From contig CAXXJV010000002.1 in NCBI GenBank assembly GCA_963663475.2, positions 224,001 through 288,000 of the forward strand: a DNA stretch of 64,000 nucleotides, written 5' to 3'. The position numbers and the translations under genes are program-made. Shown here one piece after another: positions 27,264 through 37,904 of the stretch; position 1 is the first letter of the stretch; every line of letters begins with the position of its first letter. This stretch comes from Candidatus Cloacimonadales bacterium (GTDB lineage: Bacteria; Cloacimonadota; Cloacimonadia; Cloacimonadales; JAFGVF01). The notes under the pieces were generated by a model, which was not told the origin of the DNA, did no database searches, and saw nothing but the letters and a program-made list of their open reading frames with translations.

Positions 27264-30200
27264 TTTTTCTGCTCAAGTAGCATCTTAGATATTACTTTTG
27301 AGATATCTTCGACATAAGGGTATTTCAATACAGTTGTATGGGAACCTTTCACTGAATAATAATTAATTTTATTTACCATCCCTGACCAACCATATTTAGG
27401 GTCAGGGATTAATCCTTCTAGAGCTTGTTCAGCTAAAAAGAGATTAATTTCACCTGCTAAATCAGACATTGTATGATTATTCAATGCATCAATATTATAG
27501 CGATATATTCTTTTAAGTTTATCTATTTCTTCTTGAGATTTCCCTCCTAAGCTTTCTGTTATATTCTCAATAAAATCTTCTTCTAAAACTTTATGAATAT
27601 TAGAGAAGTTACTCAGTTTAGTATGGAGATAAGACTTCCAGAATTCTGGTCCTAAAATCACAGCATTAAATAACCTTCTCAATTGGTAGGTAATCTTTCT
27701 AAGTTTAGTATTTGGTCTGCCCCAAGTCTCTATTAAATAAAGGTTAACTTGAGTCTTGCCTCTCTTCTTTAGTTCATTTCCGATTTCATAGGCTAGAATA
27801 CCACCATAACACCATCCTCCTATATAGTAGGGACCAGTTTTTTGGATTTTTAAAATCTCAGCAGTATATTTTTCTACCATATCTTTAAAACAAGTATGGC
27901 ATTCAGCAGAGCTTAAGCCTTGAGATTGGATTCCATAAACTGGTATCTTATTGTCTAAGGAGTGAATTAGGTTCACATAGCCAAGAACATCTCCAGGAGT
28001 AGTGTGGGTTAGGAAAAGAGGTTTGTAATTTTTATCTCCACTCTGCAGAGGTGTAATTATGGAAAAATCAGCTTGTTTTTCTTCTTGTAGATAGCGAGAT
28101 AAGTCTCTCACTGTAGAATGCTGATAGAGTGATGAAGAGTTTATCTTCATATTTAAAGCTTTTTCTAAAGATACAATGAGCTCGATAGCTTTAAGAGAAT
28201 CACCTCCTTCTTTAAAAAAGTTATCATCAGGTTTAATTTGTTTACCTAAAACTTGTCTAAAGAGGGGAAGTATTTTGAGTTCATATAAGTTATAAGCTTG
28301 GACATTTACTTGCTTTTCTTGGATTTTAGGTTCAGGAAGTAAGGACTTATTAATTTTTCCATTAGGGTTTAAAGGAAGTTTATCAATTCTAATAAACTCA
28401 CTTGGCAACATATATTCTGGAAGATATTCTTTGGCAATAGCTCTTAAATTATCCTTGTCCATATCACTATTACTTAGGTAATAGAGGTAGATTTGACGGT
28501 GGTTTTCTTGACCTCTAATGTCTGCAAAAACAGTTTTTAAGGAAGTTCTTTGCATAAAAGTATTTTCAATTTCTGATAATTCAATACGGTAGCCATTCAG
28601 CTTTATTTGATCATCATCTCTTCCTAAGAATTTTATTTTGCCTGATTTATAAAAGAGACCTAAATCACCAGTAGCATATATTCTACCATATTCAGAAGTC
28701 TCAATAAACTTCTCATTTGTAAGTTTAGGGTTAGCAAAATAGCCTGGAGTAAGGCCAAAACCTCCAATATAGATTGATCCACTAAGGCCTATTGGTCTAG
28801 GTTTAAGGAACTTATCTAAGATATGGATAGAAGTATTTGGCATAGGTTTTCCGATTGTATCATCAATTCCCTCATCAATAGTAGCAATGATAGTAGCTTC
28901 AGTTGGACCGTAAGTATTGAAGATTTTCGTATGTTTAGGTCCATGTTCTTGCCAGAAGGAATAGATATCTTGCGAGGCTTTTTCTCCACCAATGACAAGA
29001 GTTTTTACTTTATCTGAGAAAGTATTTTGAGTTAAGGATTTGGTGATTTGCTGCCAAAAAGCTGTAGGAAGATTCACTATAGTTATTTTTTTAGATGCGA
29101 TAAAATCTAAGAATTGAGAAGCAGATTTATTGATTTCTTCATCTCTAAGGACAAGGCTAGCTCCAGCCAAGAGAGTAGGGAAAATCTCTTCCACCGAGAT
29201 GTCAAAACTTATGGAAGCGAATTGCATAACCCTGTCAATGCTTGTGATATCATATCTATCTTTAACAATGAGATTATGGTTGATTAGGTTAAAATGACTT
29301 ACTGTAACGCCTTTAGGCTTGCCAGTAGTGCCAGAAGTGTAGATAATATAGGCTAAGTCTTGCGGATTTATTTTTATCTCATTTTTGTTATTTGACAGGT
29401 ATTTCTGGTAATTAGTCACTGATAAAAAGTCTAAATTTTCCAAGGAAGAATAAGATAAATCAGAGAAAATAGTTTTACATTTAGAATTTTCGATTATATG
29501 TTTAATTCTTTCATGGGGATAATCAGGGTCAATAGGCAGATAGGCATTTCCACTTTTGAGAATTGCTAAGATAATAATTATCATTTCTAGGCATCTATCA
29601 GTTGAAATAGCGATGAAATGTCCTTGTCCATATTCATTGAAGAGGTAGTTAGCTAAATCATCAGAAATTTCATCAAGATGCTTGTAAGTGATGTGTTTAT
29701 CAGCATGTTCTACTGCAATATTATCTGGGTATTTACTTACCGAATCTTTGAATAAATCAATATAAGAAACATTTTTTGGTAAAGGTAATTTTACAGAATT
29801 CCATTGCTTAATTAGGGATAAATCAGTCTCATTGATAAGTAATATATCCTTTAGAGGTAAATGATCTTGGAGATTAGATTTGAAGGTTGAATAAAGAAGA
29901 TTATCTTCAATAACTTCATAATTAGTAAGGATTTTAGCAAGATAAGCAAGGTCTGGGAATCGATAGAAAATACTTTTTAATAAGGATTTATGTTTTTTGA
30001 TTCTTGAAATACTTTTCTGAATATTTGTGATATTTTCTTGAAGAGATAACTTGAAATCTACTTTAATATTAAGCAGGAGTTTATTCATCAGAAGTGGATT
30101 ATTGTTTTTATAAGTAATTGCAAGAGAGAAATTAGATTGGGTATAAAGACGAGCAATAAAGCAAATGTAAGTTGCTAAGTCTGGATTATCAAAGTCCAAA

Positions 30201-33200
30201 TTATCAGAATTACTTACTTTATTATATTTGCCATTAAGGTCTTCTAAAGCTTGGTATTTAGCAAATTGTTTAAGCCAAAAGGCCTGATTTTTGATAGCAT
30301 CTTTATAAGATGCCAAATCTTCTAAAGTAGGTGGTTGCCAAGACTTCTCATCTCTTAGATCATGTAAGTTAATTTCTTGACCTGTAAGATTATAAAGTTT
30401 ATTAGCTATGATTAATCCATCTTTTAGATTTATCTCACAAGTTGATTGGCTAATGCTGAGATTTTTTGCATCACTAGTAGAGTTGCGCTTAAATTGAGCT
30501 TGTCCAATATGATAAAATTCATTAGCAATTTTGATTTTAAGACTTGCCACAGGGTTTTCAGTATCACCAAAAATACTAGCTCTGTATAAATTATCAGCTT
30601 GATCAATGCCTGTATCTGCTAGTAAAGAACAAGAATAATCAGGTCTATAGTCAGCGGGGAAATAAGTTCTTTTGCTTAAGTCTTGTGGATAAGTTTGCAA
30701 ATCATTATCATTAATAGAATCAAGTAAAGATGAAAAGGCATCTAGTGCTGCTTCATAGCATTTCATATTCAAAGAAAGAGAAGTATCTTCTTTGTTAACT
30801 TCTACTTGCTTTTGAATTAGTATCTGTCCAGTATCAATACCTTGGTCTACTTGATGCCAGGTAATACCGTGGTTTGTCTCATTATTTATAATAGCCCAAT
30901 AAGTAGCATAAAGTCCAGCATATTTAGGAAGTAAGGAATCATGATAATTAATAGCTTTCTTAATTGGACTAGCTAGAATCTCTTCATCTAAGACAATACT
31001 ATTGACAATACTAAAAAGGTAGTCATAAGGGTACTTCTTTAATATTTCTTTGATTTGATTCTTGGTTAAATCAAGAGAATAGATTCCTTGGCTTATAGCC
31101 CAGTCTCTAACTTGCTTATTTGGTGAAAATATTCCATAAATGTGAAAACCTTTGGCAATAAGTAATTGGGCAGATTTAATGCCCAGACTTGTCTCAGTTA
31201 AGATAAAGCAAGTATTTTTATTAGCTGTTACAGTAGGAGGATTCAAGTTATCAAGTAAATCTAAAAATCTCTCTTTTACTTCCTGGATTAGTGATTCTTG
31301 ATAGAAATCGGTATTATATTCTAACCAGAACTCCATTCCTGTTTGGATTTCTTCAGCATTTAAGATGATATCAGTTTTAGAAGTATTAGCCCCGATTTCT
31401 TTTTCTGATTTGATGATAGAATTTTCATCTGTTCCATGCCAATTTTGCATAACAAAAATAGCTTGATAGAGAGGAGTTTTAGATTTATCTATAGGTAGGT
31501 TAAAACTTTTAACTACATCTCCAAATGGTTGAGAACTATGGTCTAGGGCTGCCATAACTTGCTTGTGAATTTCAGTTATGATATCTTTAAAGGATTTATT
31601 AAAAAGCATAGCTCTTACAATAACCATGTTAGTATAATAACCTATTAATTGCTCTTCAATCTTACTTTTTCTTCCAGCAAATGGGAAGGCAACTGTGATA
31701 TCACTTCTTTGGGATTTTTCGGCAAGAACTATTTGATATATTGCTAGAAGAAGTGAGAAGAGAGAAACTGAGTTTGCTTGAGCAAACTTACTAATCTTTT
31801 CTAAGTGAATATTATCAATCTTAAACCAAATTCTCTTACCTTTAGGACTAAGATACTTATGCTTTATTCTATCTGGAATAAGGGCTAGGTCTGGAGAGAA
31901 GGGTTTAAGGACTTTATGCCAGTAGTCTTGATCTGTCTCATAGCTATTTGCCTTATCTTGTAGCCATTGGGCATAGTCTATATTCTCTACTTTTGCTTTT
32001 ATCTCAAGTGAAAGTTCTTTATCTGAATCAAGTTTATGGTAAATCTCAGAGAGTTTATCAATAAATACTTGCATCGACCATCCATCAAATATCAGGTGAT
32101 GAATATTTAAGAATAGAAGGAGATTATCCTTATATCTTACTAATTTTATTTGATATAGAGGGTATTGGTCAGCCCTTAATTGACTAGCTTGGAGGTCAGA
32201 TATTATTTTATCTAAGTCTTCTTGGTTTTTGCTAGTCAGTATTTCATAATTCAAATCTCCCACAGGTTGAATGAACTGGAAAATTTTCTTGTTAACTTCT
32301 TTGAAATATGAACGGAAAGATTCATAAGAATTAACTAATAATTGCAGACTATTTATGAGTTTCTTTTCCTTAATGTCTTCTTTGATTTCACATTTAACTA
32401 AGATATTATAAATTCGCTTAGAGTCATCTAAATGACTTAAATACCAGAGGTCTTCTTGGTTCTTAGTTATGGAATAATATTCTTTATCTCTAGAAATGAA
32501 TTTAATCTCAGCTGGCCTGTCTTCTGAGGAACTTACAATTGCTGCTAATTTTCTAATACTTGAATTAGTCATGAACTGCCCTAATTCGAGTTTTAATCCT
32601 CTATTTTGTAATTCATTTACTATCTGAGCTGCTTTGAGAGAATGGCCTCCAATATAAAAAAAGTTATCATCAATAGAGATGTTTTGCAAATCTAAATAGT
32701 CTTTCCAGACTTGAAGTATTTCAGCTTGGATTTCATTCTCTGGACCTATTATAGCCTTATCTTCTTTTGGTAATTCAAGACTTTCCAAGGCACGTCTATC
32801 AACTTTCTTATTAGGAGTAAGAGGAAGCTGGTCTAAATGAAGATAAAACTGAGGTACCATATAATCAGGTAATTCTTGTTGACAATAGGAAACAATCTCA
32901 CTTTGCTTAATTTTCTCTTTATTCTTACTTGTATAATAAGCAACTAGGAATTTCTCATTACCTTGTCCAACTGCAAGAACTGTGGCTTGATCAATATTTT
33001 CATGCTTATGTATTACTTTCTCAATTTCATCTAACTCAATTCTTAAACCTCTAATCTTCACTTGGAAATCAATTCTACCACGGAAATCAATTCTCCCATC
33101 AGCTAGTTGTCTAACCAGATCTCCACTTCTATAAATAACTTCTTCATTTAACCTGTCATTTACTTCCTTATTCCTGATAAATGCTTGGGCTGTTTGCTCA

Positions 33201-34258
33201 GGTAACTTCCAGTAACCATTACCAACACTTGCTCCCGCCAGACATAATTCACCCATTTGTCCTTTTGCTACTTCCTGTAAGTTTTCATCAAGGATATATG
33301 TTCTGGTATTGGTTATTGCTTTGCCAATTGTGATAGGTCCTTGATAAGCTTTAGGAAAGATATCTAAAACTGTAATACAAGCACATTCAGTAGGTCCATA
33401 AACATTAACAATTTGAGGTTTGAAATTAGCTGGTGGAAGTTTTTTAAGAGCATCACCACCTAAATAAAGATACTTGAAGGAGCAAGTTTCTGGAAAAGTT
33501 TCATCAAAAAGCATTTCCGCAATTGGAGTAATCAATAAAATATCTCTGATATCCTTTTCTATTATCCAATCACGTAACTTCTTGGGTTGAAGTAGAATAC
33601 TTTCAGGAGTAAAATATAAGGTAGAAGCAGAAAGCAGGTTATACCAGATTTCTAGAGTAGATGCATCAAAGCTAAGTCTAGCATTTTGACAGGAATTATA
33701 CTTACCAAAAGGTGGCTTAAAAGTCTGCTGGAAGTGTTTAACTAAGTTAATAACTCCTCTGTGATTAACCATTACCCCTTTAGGCTTACCTGTAGAACCT
33801 GAGGTGAAGAGGATATAGATATTGCTCAAGTCATCTATAGTTTCTAAATTTGGTTTTTCGAGAGATAAGTTACTGAGAGAAGGGCTATCAATAAATATTT
33901 TAATCTTATTATAATTGGGAAGAATAGCTTGTAATTTTTCTTGAGAACCAAGGATAAAGGATAGTTCAGAATTAGCAATTATAAAATCTAACCTATCGTC
34001 TGGATATTTAGGATCGAGAGGTACATAATAACAATTCACTTTTAGAATAGCTAAGATTGCTATTATATAATTGTTGTCTCTATAGGCAAGGACACCTATT
34101 GCTTGTTTTGATTTAATCCCTTTTTCTATTAGGTAATTAGCCAACTGATTGGCTTTATTGTTCAGCTCTCCATAGGTTAATGAACTAAATGAATCTACTA
34201 TTGCTGTCCTCTGTGAAAACTCCAAAACAATTTTTTCAAACTTATCTGTAATTAACAT
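27260..34258 (-). CDS. Two-module non-ribosomal peptide synthetase A-T-C-F-(C remnant)-A-T-TE
   Basis: A1 (FTSGSTGKPKG, YGPTE, YRSGD, NKKVDR), T1 GGHSL, C HHLIFDG, formyltransferase INYHDSLLPKYAG/GIDTG, A2 (YTSGTTGKPKG, NGKINK), T2 GGDSL, TE GWCYG...GSH; probable start ATG 34258 with RBS gaggga. Confidence 0.93.
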   Translation of the reverse strand: MLITDKFEKIVLEFSQRTAIVDSFSSLTYGELNNKANQLANYLIEKGIKSKQAIGVLAYRDNNYIIAILAILKVNCYYVPLDPKYPDDRLDFIIANSELSFILGSQEKLQAILPNYNKIKIFIDSPSLSNLSLEKPNLETIDDLSNIYILFTSGSTGKPKGVMVNHRGVINLVKHFQQTFKPPFGKYNSCQNARLSFDASTLEIWYNLLSASTLYFTPESILLQPKKLRDWIIEKDIRDILLITPIAEMLFDETFPETCSFKYLYLGGDALKKLPPANFKPQIVNVYGPTECACITVLDIFPKAYQGPITIGKAITNTRTYILDENLQEVAKGQMGELCLAGASVGNGYWKLPEQTAQAFIRNKEVNDRLNEEVIYRSGDLVRQLADGRIDFRGRIDFQVKIRGLRIELDEIEKVIHKHENIDQATVLAVGQGNEKFLVAYYTSKNKEKIKQSEIVSYCQQELPDYMVPQFYLHLDQLPLTPNKKVDRRALESLELPKEDKAIIGPENEIQAEILQVWKDYLDLQNISIDDNFFYIGGHSLKAAQIVNELQNRGLKLELGQFMTNSSIRKLAAIVSSSEDRPAEIKFISRDKEYYSITKNQEDLWYLSHLDDSKRIYNILVKCEIKEDIKEKKLINSLQLLVNSYESFRSYFKEVNKKIFQFIQPVGDLNYEILTSKNQEDLDKIISDLQASQLRADQYPLYQIKLVRYKDNLLLFLNIHHLIFDGWSMQVFIDKLSEIYHKLDSDKELSLEIKAKVENIDYAQWLQDKANSYETDQDYWHKVLKPFSPDLALIPDRIKHKYLSPKGKRIWFKIDNIHLEKISKFAQANSVSLFSLLLAIYQIVLAEKSQRSDITVAFPFAGRKSKIEEQLIGYYTNMVIVRAMLFNKSFKDIITEIHKQVMAALDHSSQPFGDVVKSFNLPIDKSKTPLYQAIFVMQNWHGTDENSIIKSEKEIGANTSKTDIILNAEEIQTGMEFWLEYNTDFYQESLIQEVKERFLDLLDNLNPPTVTANKNTCFILTETSLGIKSAQLLIAKGFHIYGIFSPNKQVRDWAISQGIYSLDLTKNQIKEILKKYPYDYLFSIVNSIVLDEEILASPIKKAINYHDSLLPKYAGLYATYWAIINNETNHGITWHQVDQGIDTGQILIQKQVEVNKEDTSLSLNMKCYEAALDAFSSLLDSINDNDLQTYPQDLSKRTYFPADYRPDYSCSLLADTGIDQADNLYRASIFGDTENPVASLKIKIANEFYHIGQAQFKRNSTSDAKNLSISQSTCEINLKDGLIIANKLYNLTGQEINLHDLRDEKSWQPPTLEDLASYKDAIKNQAFWLKQFAKYQALEDLNGKYNKVSNSDNLDFDNPDLATYICFIARLYTQSNFSLAITYKNNNPLLMNKLLLNIKVDFKLSLQENITNIQKSISRIKKHKSLLKSIFYRFPDLAYLAKILTNYEVIEDNLLYSTFKSNLQDHLPLKDILLINETDLSLIKQWNSVKLPLPKNVSYIDLFKDSVSKYPDNIAVEHADKHITYKHLDEISDDLANYLFNEYGQGHFIAISTDRCLEMIIIILAILKSGNAYLPIDPDYPHERIKHIIENSKCKTIFSDLSYSSLENLDFLSVTNYQKYLSNNKNEIKINPQDLAYIIYTSGTTGKPKGVTVSHFNLINHNLIVKDRYDITSIDRVMQFASISFDISVEEIFPTLLAGASLVLRDEEINKSASQFLDFIASKKITIVNLPTAFWQQITKSLTQNTFSDKVKTLVIGGEKASQDIYSFWQEHGPKHTKIFNTYGPTEATIIATIDEGIDDTIGKPMPNTSIHILDKFLKPRPIGLSGSIYIGGFGLTPGYFANPKLTNEKFIETSEYGRIYATGDLGLFYKSGKIKFLGRDDDQIKLNGYRIELSEIENTFMQRTSLKTVFADIRGQENHRQIYLYYLSNSDMDKDNLRAIAKEYLPEYMLPSEFIRIDKLPLNPNGKINKSLLPEPKIQEKQVNVQAYNLYELKILPLFRQVLGKQIKPDDNFFKEGGDSLKAIELIVSLEKALNMKINSSSLYQHSTVRDLSRYLQEEKQADFSIITPLQSGDKNYKPLFLTHTTPGDVLGYVNLIHSLDNKIPVYGIQSQGLSSAECHTCFKDMVEKYTAEILKIQKTGPYYIGGWCYGGILAYEIGNELKKRGKTQVNLYLIETWGRPNTKLRKITYQLRRLFNAVILGPEFWKSYLHTKLSNFSNIHKVLEEDFIENITESLGGKSQEEIDKLKRIYRYNIDALNNHTMSDLAGEINLFLAEQALEGLIPDPKYGWSGMVNKINYYSVKGSHTTVLKYPYVEDISKVISKMLLEQKN

Positions 34259-34357
34259 GATCAATCCCTCTCTCTTAAGAATGATATTTAACAATTTATT
34301 AGGAGATGTTTTTATTAGTCAAGAATAAATATCAAAGTTGAAGATAAAAAATTTGTC

Positions 34358-34427
34358 GAGACTGTTCAACCATCAAGCCACCCTCTTCACTAAATCTCTA
34401 CTAGACTATCTGGGTTTAAACAGTCTC
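34358..34427. repeat. Hairpin containing the right end of family A, between the divergent NRPS and gcvPA
   Basis: gagactgttcaacc...ctcttcactaaatctctactagactatctgggtttaaacagtctc. Confidence 0.6.
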
Positions 34428-34618
34428 AGTTTGTCTAACTTGCTCGCAGCTATTGTTATTTTTCATAATTTACTAAAATCATGTTGAATAAAAGAGGATT
34501 ATAACCTGTCTAAGTTACTAACTAATAGGGGAATATAAAATTATTTCACTTTTTATTGACAGAATAGTGCCTTAAAATGTATTAGTTATTAAAAATAAAC
34601 TAAAATTAAGGAGTTAAT

Positions 34619-35959
34619 ATGCCTTACATTTCAACTACTGAGCAAGAACGCAAAGAGATGCTCCAAGAGATTGGTGTTTCCTCTTTCAAAGAGCTTATTA
34701 CCGCTATTCCTGAGAAATTTGTACTCAAGAAGGATTTAGATTTAGAACCTGCCTATTCAGAACAGCAGATTTCAAGAAAAGTTTTTCAACTAACTAATAC
34801 AAACAAATGTACTCAAGCTTCTGATTCATATCTAGGAGCAGGTGTTTATGATCATTTTATTCCAGCTGCAGTTGATACAATAGTGTCTCGTCCTGAATTT
34901 TATACAGCATATACTCCTTATCAAGCTGAAGTAAGCCAAGGAACTCTACAATTCATTTATGAATATCAAACTATGATTTGCGAGCTAACAGGTATGGAAA
35001 TAGCTAATGCTAGTATGTATGATGGTGCTTCTGCTATAGCCGAAGCAATCTTAATGGCAATTAGATCTACTAGAAAAAATAAAGCTCTTATTGCTGATAC
35101 AATAAATCCTAACTATAAGAATGTTATTGCACGTTATACAGAAGGTTTAGGTATTGAAATCGAATATGTTAAGTCGGTAAATGGTGTCTTAGATATCAAT
35201 GATTTACAAGCAAAAGCAAATGATGATTTAGCTTGTTTAGTTGTTCAAAGTCCTAACTTCTTTGGAAATATTGAAGATATGTTTGCTGCAGAGCAAGTAA
35301 TTCATCAAACTAAGAAGGGTATGTTTATTGCTTCAACCGATCCAATTGCTCTAGCAATTACTAATTCTCCAGCAGAATATAAGGCTGATGTTGTAGTTGG
35401 TGAAGGTCAAGCTCTGGGCAACAATATTAATTATGGTGGCCCACTTTTTGGTTTCTTTGCTACTCAACTATCAAGAGCAAGAATGATGCCTGGTAGAATA
35501 GTTGGTGAGACTCTTGATGAAGCTGGTAATAAGGCATATAGTTTAACCTTACAAGCCCGTGAACAGCATATTAGAAGAGTTAAAGCAACATCTAATATCT
35601 GCTCAAATCAATCTTTATGTACTTTAGCAGCAACTGTTTATATGGCATTAATGGGTAGGGAAGGACTTAAGGAAGTTGCTACTCAATCAATAACCAAAGC
35701 TCATTATTTAGCTCAAGAAATTTGTAAGATTGATGGCTTTGAGTTAGCTTATCCTCAGCAAACCTTCTTCAAAGAATTTGTTATCAAAACTCCTATGGCT
35801 GCTGAAAAAGTCATAGCTTATGCTTTAAATCATAATATCTATGCTGGTGTTGATATGAAAAGATTTGGTTATGATAACCAGCTGATGATAGCTGTTACAG
35901 AAAAGAAAACAAAAGCTGATATGGATAGATTTATCAGTGTTCTTAAGGGGGTAAAATAA
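34619..35959 (+). CDS. gcvPA: Glycine dehydrogenase subunit 1
   Basis: YLGAGVYDHFIP, EFYTAYTPYQAEVSQG, NASMYDGA, REQHIRR.KATSNICSNQ. Confidence 0.96.
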   Translation: MPYISTTEQERKEMLQEIGVSSFKELITAIPEKFVLKKDLDLEPAYSEQQISRKVFQLTNTNKCTQASDSYLGAGVYDHFIPAAVDTIVSRPEFYTAYTPYQAEVSQGTLQFIYEYQTMICELTGMEIANASMYDGASAIAEAILMAIRSTRKNKALIADTINPNYKNVIARYTEGLGIEIEYVKSVNGVLDINDLQAKANDDLACLVVQSPNFFGNIEDMFAAEQVIHQTKKGMFIASTDPIALAITNSPAEYKADVVVGEGQALGNNINYGGPLFGFFATQLSRARMMPGRIVGETLDEAGNKAYSLTLQAREQHIRRVKATSNICSNQSLCTLAATVYMALMGREGLKEVATQSITKAHYLAQEICKIDGFELAYPQQTFFKEFVIKTPMAAEKVIAYALNHNIYAGVDMKRFGYDNQLMIAVTEKKTKADMDRFISVLKGVK

Positions 35960-37416
35960 TGTCTACTACAATTTTTGAAAAAAGCTCTCAAGGAAGAAAA
36001 GGCTTCAATATATCACAAAATGATGTTAATATTGAATTAAAAGACATTCTTCCTCAAAATCTTAGTCGTAAAGAAGATGCAAAACTTCCACAGTGTTCAG
36101 AATTAGATGTTTTAAGACATTATATAGAACTTAGTAGCAAGAACCATTTCATTGAAAAAGGTTTTTATCCATTAGGTTCTTGTACTATGAAATACAATCC
36201 CAAGATTAATGAAGCTGTTGCTCGCCAATCAGGTATTGCCAATTTACACCCAATGCAAGCTGAAGAAACTGTGCAAGGTGCTCTTCAGATTATGCATGAA
36301 CTCCAACATGATTTGGCTGAAATCTCTGGTATGGCTAACGTAACTCTACAACCTGTAGCTGGTGCTCAAGGTGAATTTGTTGGCTTAAAAATCATCTCAG
36401 CCTATCACCAAGCAAAAGGTAATAATCATAAAAATGTAATTATCATGCCTGATTCAGCTCATGGTACCAACCCAGCTTCTTGTTCATTAGCTGGCTTTGA
36501 AGTAAAAGAGTTAAAATCAAATTCACAAGGTAAGGTGGATGTTGAAGAATTACGTAAGATGGTAGATGAAAATACTGCAGGTTTCATGCTTACTAATCCA
36601 AATACTCTTGGTCTTTTCGAAAATAAAATAGAAGAAATTGCTGAGATTATTCACTCTGTTGATGGTTTAATGTACATGGATGGAGCTAACTTTAATGCTC
36701 TACTTGGTATTGTTCAACCTGGTAAAATTGGTTTCGACGTAATGCATTATAACCTCCATAAAACTTTCTCAACTCCTCACGGCGGTGGTGGACCTGGTTC
36801 TGGTGCTGTTGGTGTTGTTGAACATTTAGTTAAATTCTTACCAGTTCCTATGGTTTCTAAGAATGATGATGGTTACTTCTTAGACTATTCTCATGAAGCT
36901 ACTTCAATTGGCAAAGTTCATACCTACTATGGTAACTTTGGTATCAATGTCAGAGCTTATGTTTATATCAAAATGTTAGGTGCTAAAGGTATCAGAAGTG
37001 TGGGTGAGAATGCAGTGATTAATGCTAATTACTTACAAGCAAAGCTTAAGGATTATTATAATATTAGTCATGCTGACCAATATTGTATGCACGAATTTGT
37101 TGCAGACGGAACTATCCAAAAGAAAAAATACGGAGTTTCAACTCTAGATATCGCTAAACGCTTACTTGATAAAGGATTCCATGCGCCAACAATTTATTTC
37201 CCTCTTATTATCAGTGAAGCTATTATGATAGAACCAACTGAGACAGAATCCAAGCAATCGCTTGATAAATTCATCCATGCAATGATTGAAATTGCTCATG
37301 AAATTGAAAAAGATCCAGAATCTTTACACCATGCACCATTTAATACTCCTGTAAGAAGAGTAGATGATGTTAGAGCAGTCAAAGAACTAAATGTAAGATT
37401 TACTTTTGATAAATAA
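35959..37416 (+). CDS. gcvPB: Glycine dehydrogenase subunit 2
   Basis: PLGSCTMKYNP, SAHGTNPAS, NLHKTFSTPHGGGGPG, MIEPTETESK. Confidence 0.96.
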   Translation: MSTTIFEKSSQGRKGFNISQNDVNIELKDILPQNLSRKEDAKLPQCSELDVLRHYIELSSKNHFIEKGFYPLGSCTMKYNPKINEAVARQSGIANLHPMQAEETVQGALQIMHELQHDLAEISGMANVTLQPVAGAQGEFVGLKIISAYHQAKGNNHKNVIIMPDSAHGTNPASCSLAGFEVKELKSNSQGKVDVEELRKMVDENTAGFMLTNPNTLGLFENKIEEIAEIIHSVDGLMYMDGANFNALLGIVQPGKIGFDVMHYNLHKTFSTPHGGGGPGSGAVGVVEHLVKFLPVPMVSKNDDGYFLDYSHEATSIGKVHTYYGNFGINVRAYVYIKMLGAKGIRSVGENAVINANYLQAKLKDYYNISHADQYCMHEFVADGTIQKKKYGVSTLDIAKRLLDKGFHAPTIYFPLIISEAIMIEPTETESKQSLDKFIHAMIEIAHEIEKDPESLHHAPFNTPVRRVDDVRAVKELNVRFTFDK

Positions 37417-37446
37417 TCTAATTATCTAAAGAATTAATAAATTAAT

Positions 37447-37481
37447 TTGGGCTAGACTTCAAAGTTTAGCCCAATTTTTTT
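37447..37481 (+). terminator. Intrinsic terminator after gcvPB
   Basis: ttgggctagact-tcaa-agtttagcccaa + T run. Confidence 0.8.
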
Positions 37482-37561
37482 GGTATAGACCTAGATAAGG
37501 CAAATATATACTTGAGTATAATGAAAAAAAAATATTAATAAGATTCTTGAAGCTTGCTTAT

Positions 37562-37622
37562 TTCTTCCTTTACAGTCTTTCGATGAAAGTCCCACTTTCA
37601 TCGAAAGACTGTAAAGGAAGAA
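37562..37622. repeat. Repeat family B copy: perfect 29-bp inverted repeat
   Basis: ttcttcctttacagtctttcgatgaaagt-ccc-actttcatcgaaagactgtaaaggaagaa. Confidence 0.9.
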
Positions 37623-37904
37623 TCAGGGATGAAAAGGGGGAGATTAGTGCCTATTCCCCTTTCGCTAAAAGTGAAAAATGAAAGAGCTTTTACTCAAAGA
37701 GAGAGACATTAATATCGGTGTTTTCAGTGTTTGCGGTGGCAATTTTCTTCCTTCTTCCTTCCCTTTTCTTAAAAACTCTGTGTTAAGGTTTTTAAGATAT
37801 TGATTATTAGTGTTAATTTGTGTTTATTAGGCTCAAGTTCAAGTCTGGTGTGGGAATAATATAGGAAAATGAGAAATATTTCATTAAAATATTGATTCAT
37901 CAAA

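Noticed and set aside
34428-34618. Possible glycine riboswitch upstream of gcvPA
   Set aside because: No recognisable tandem aptamer motifs; leader after the TTGACA box at 34556 is too short
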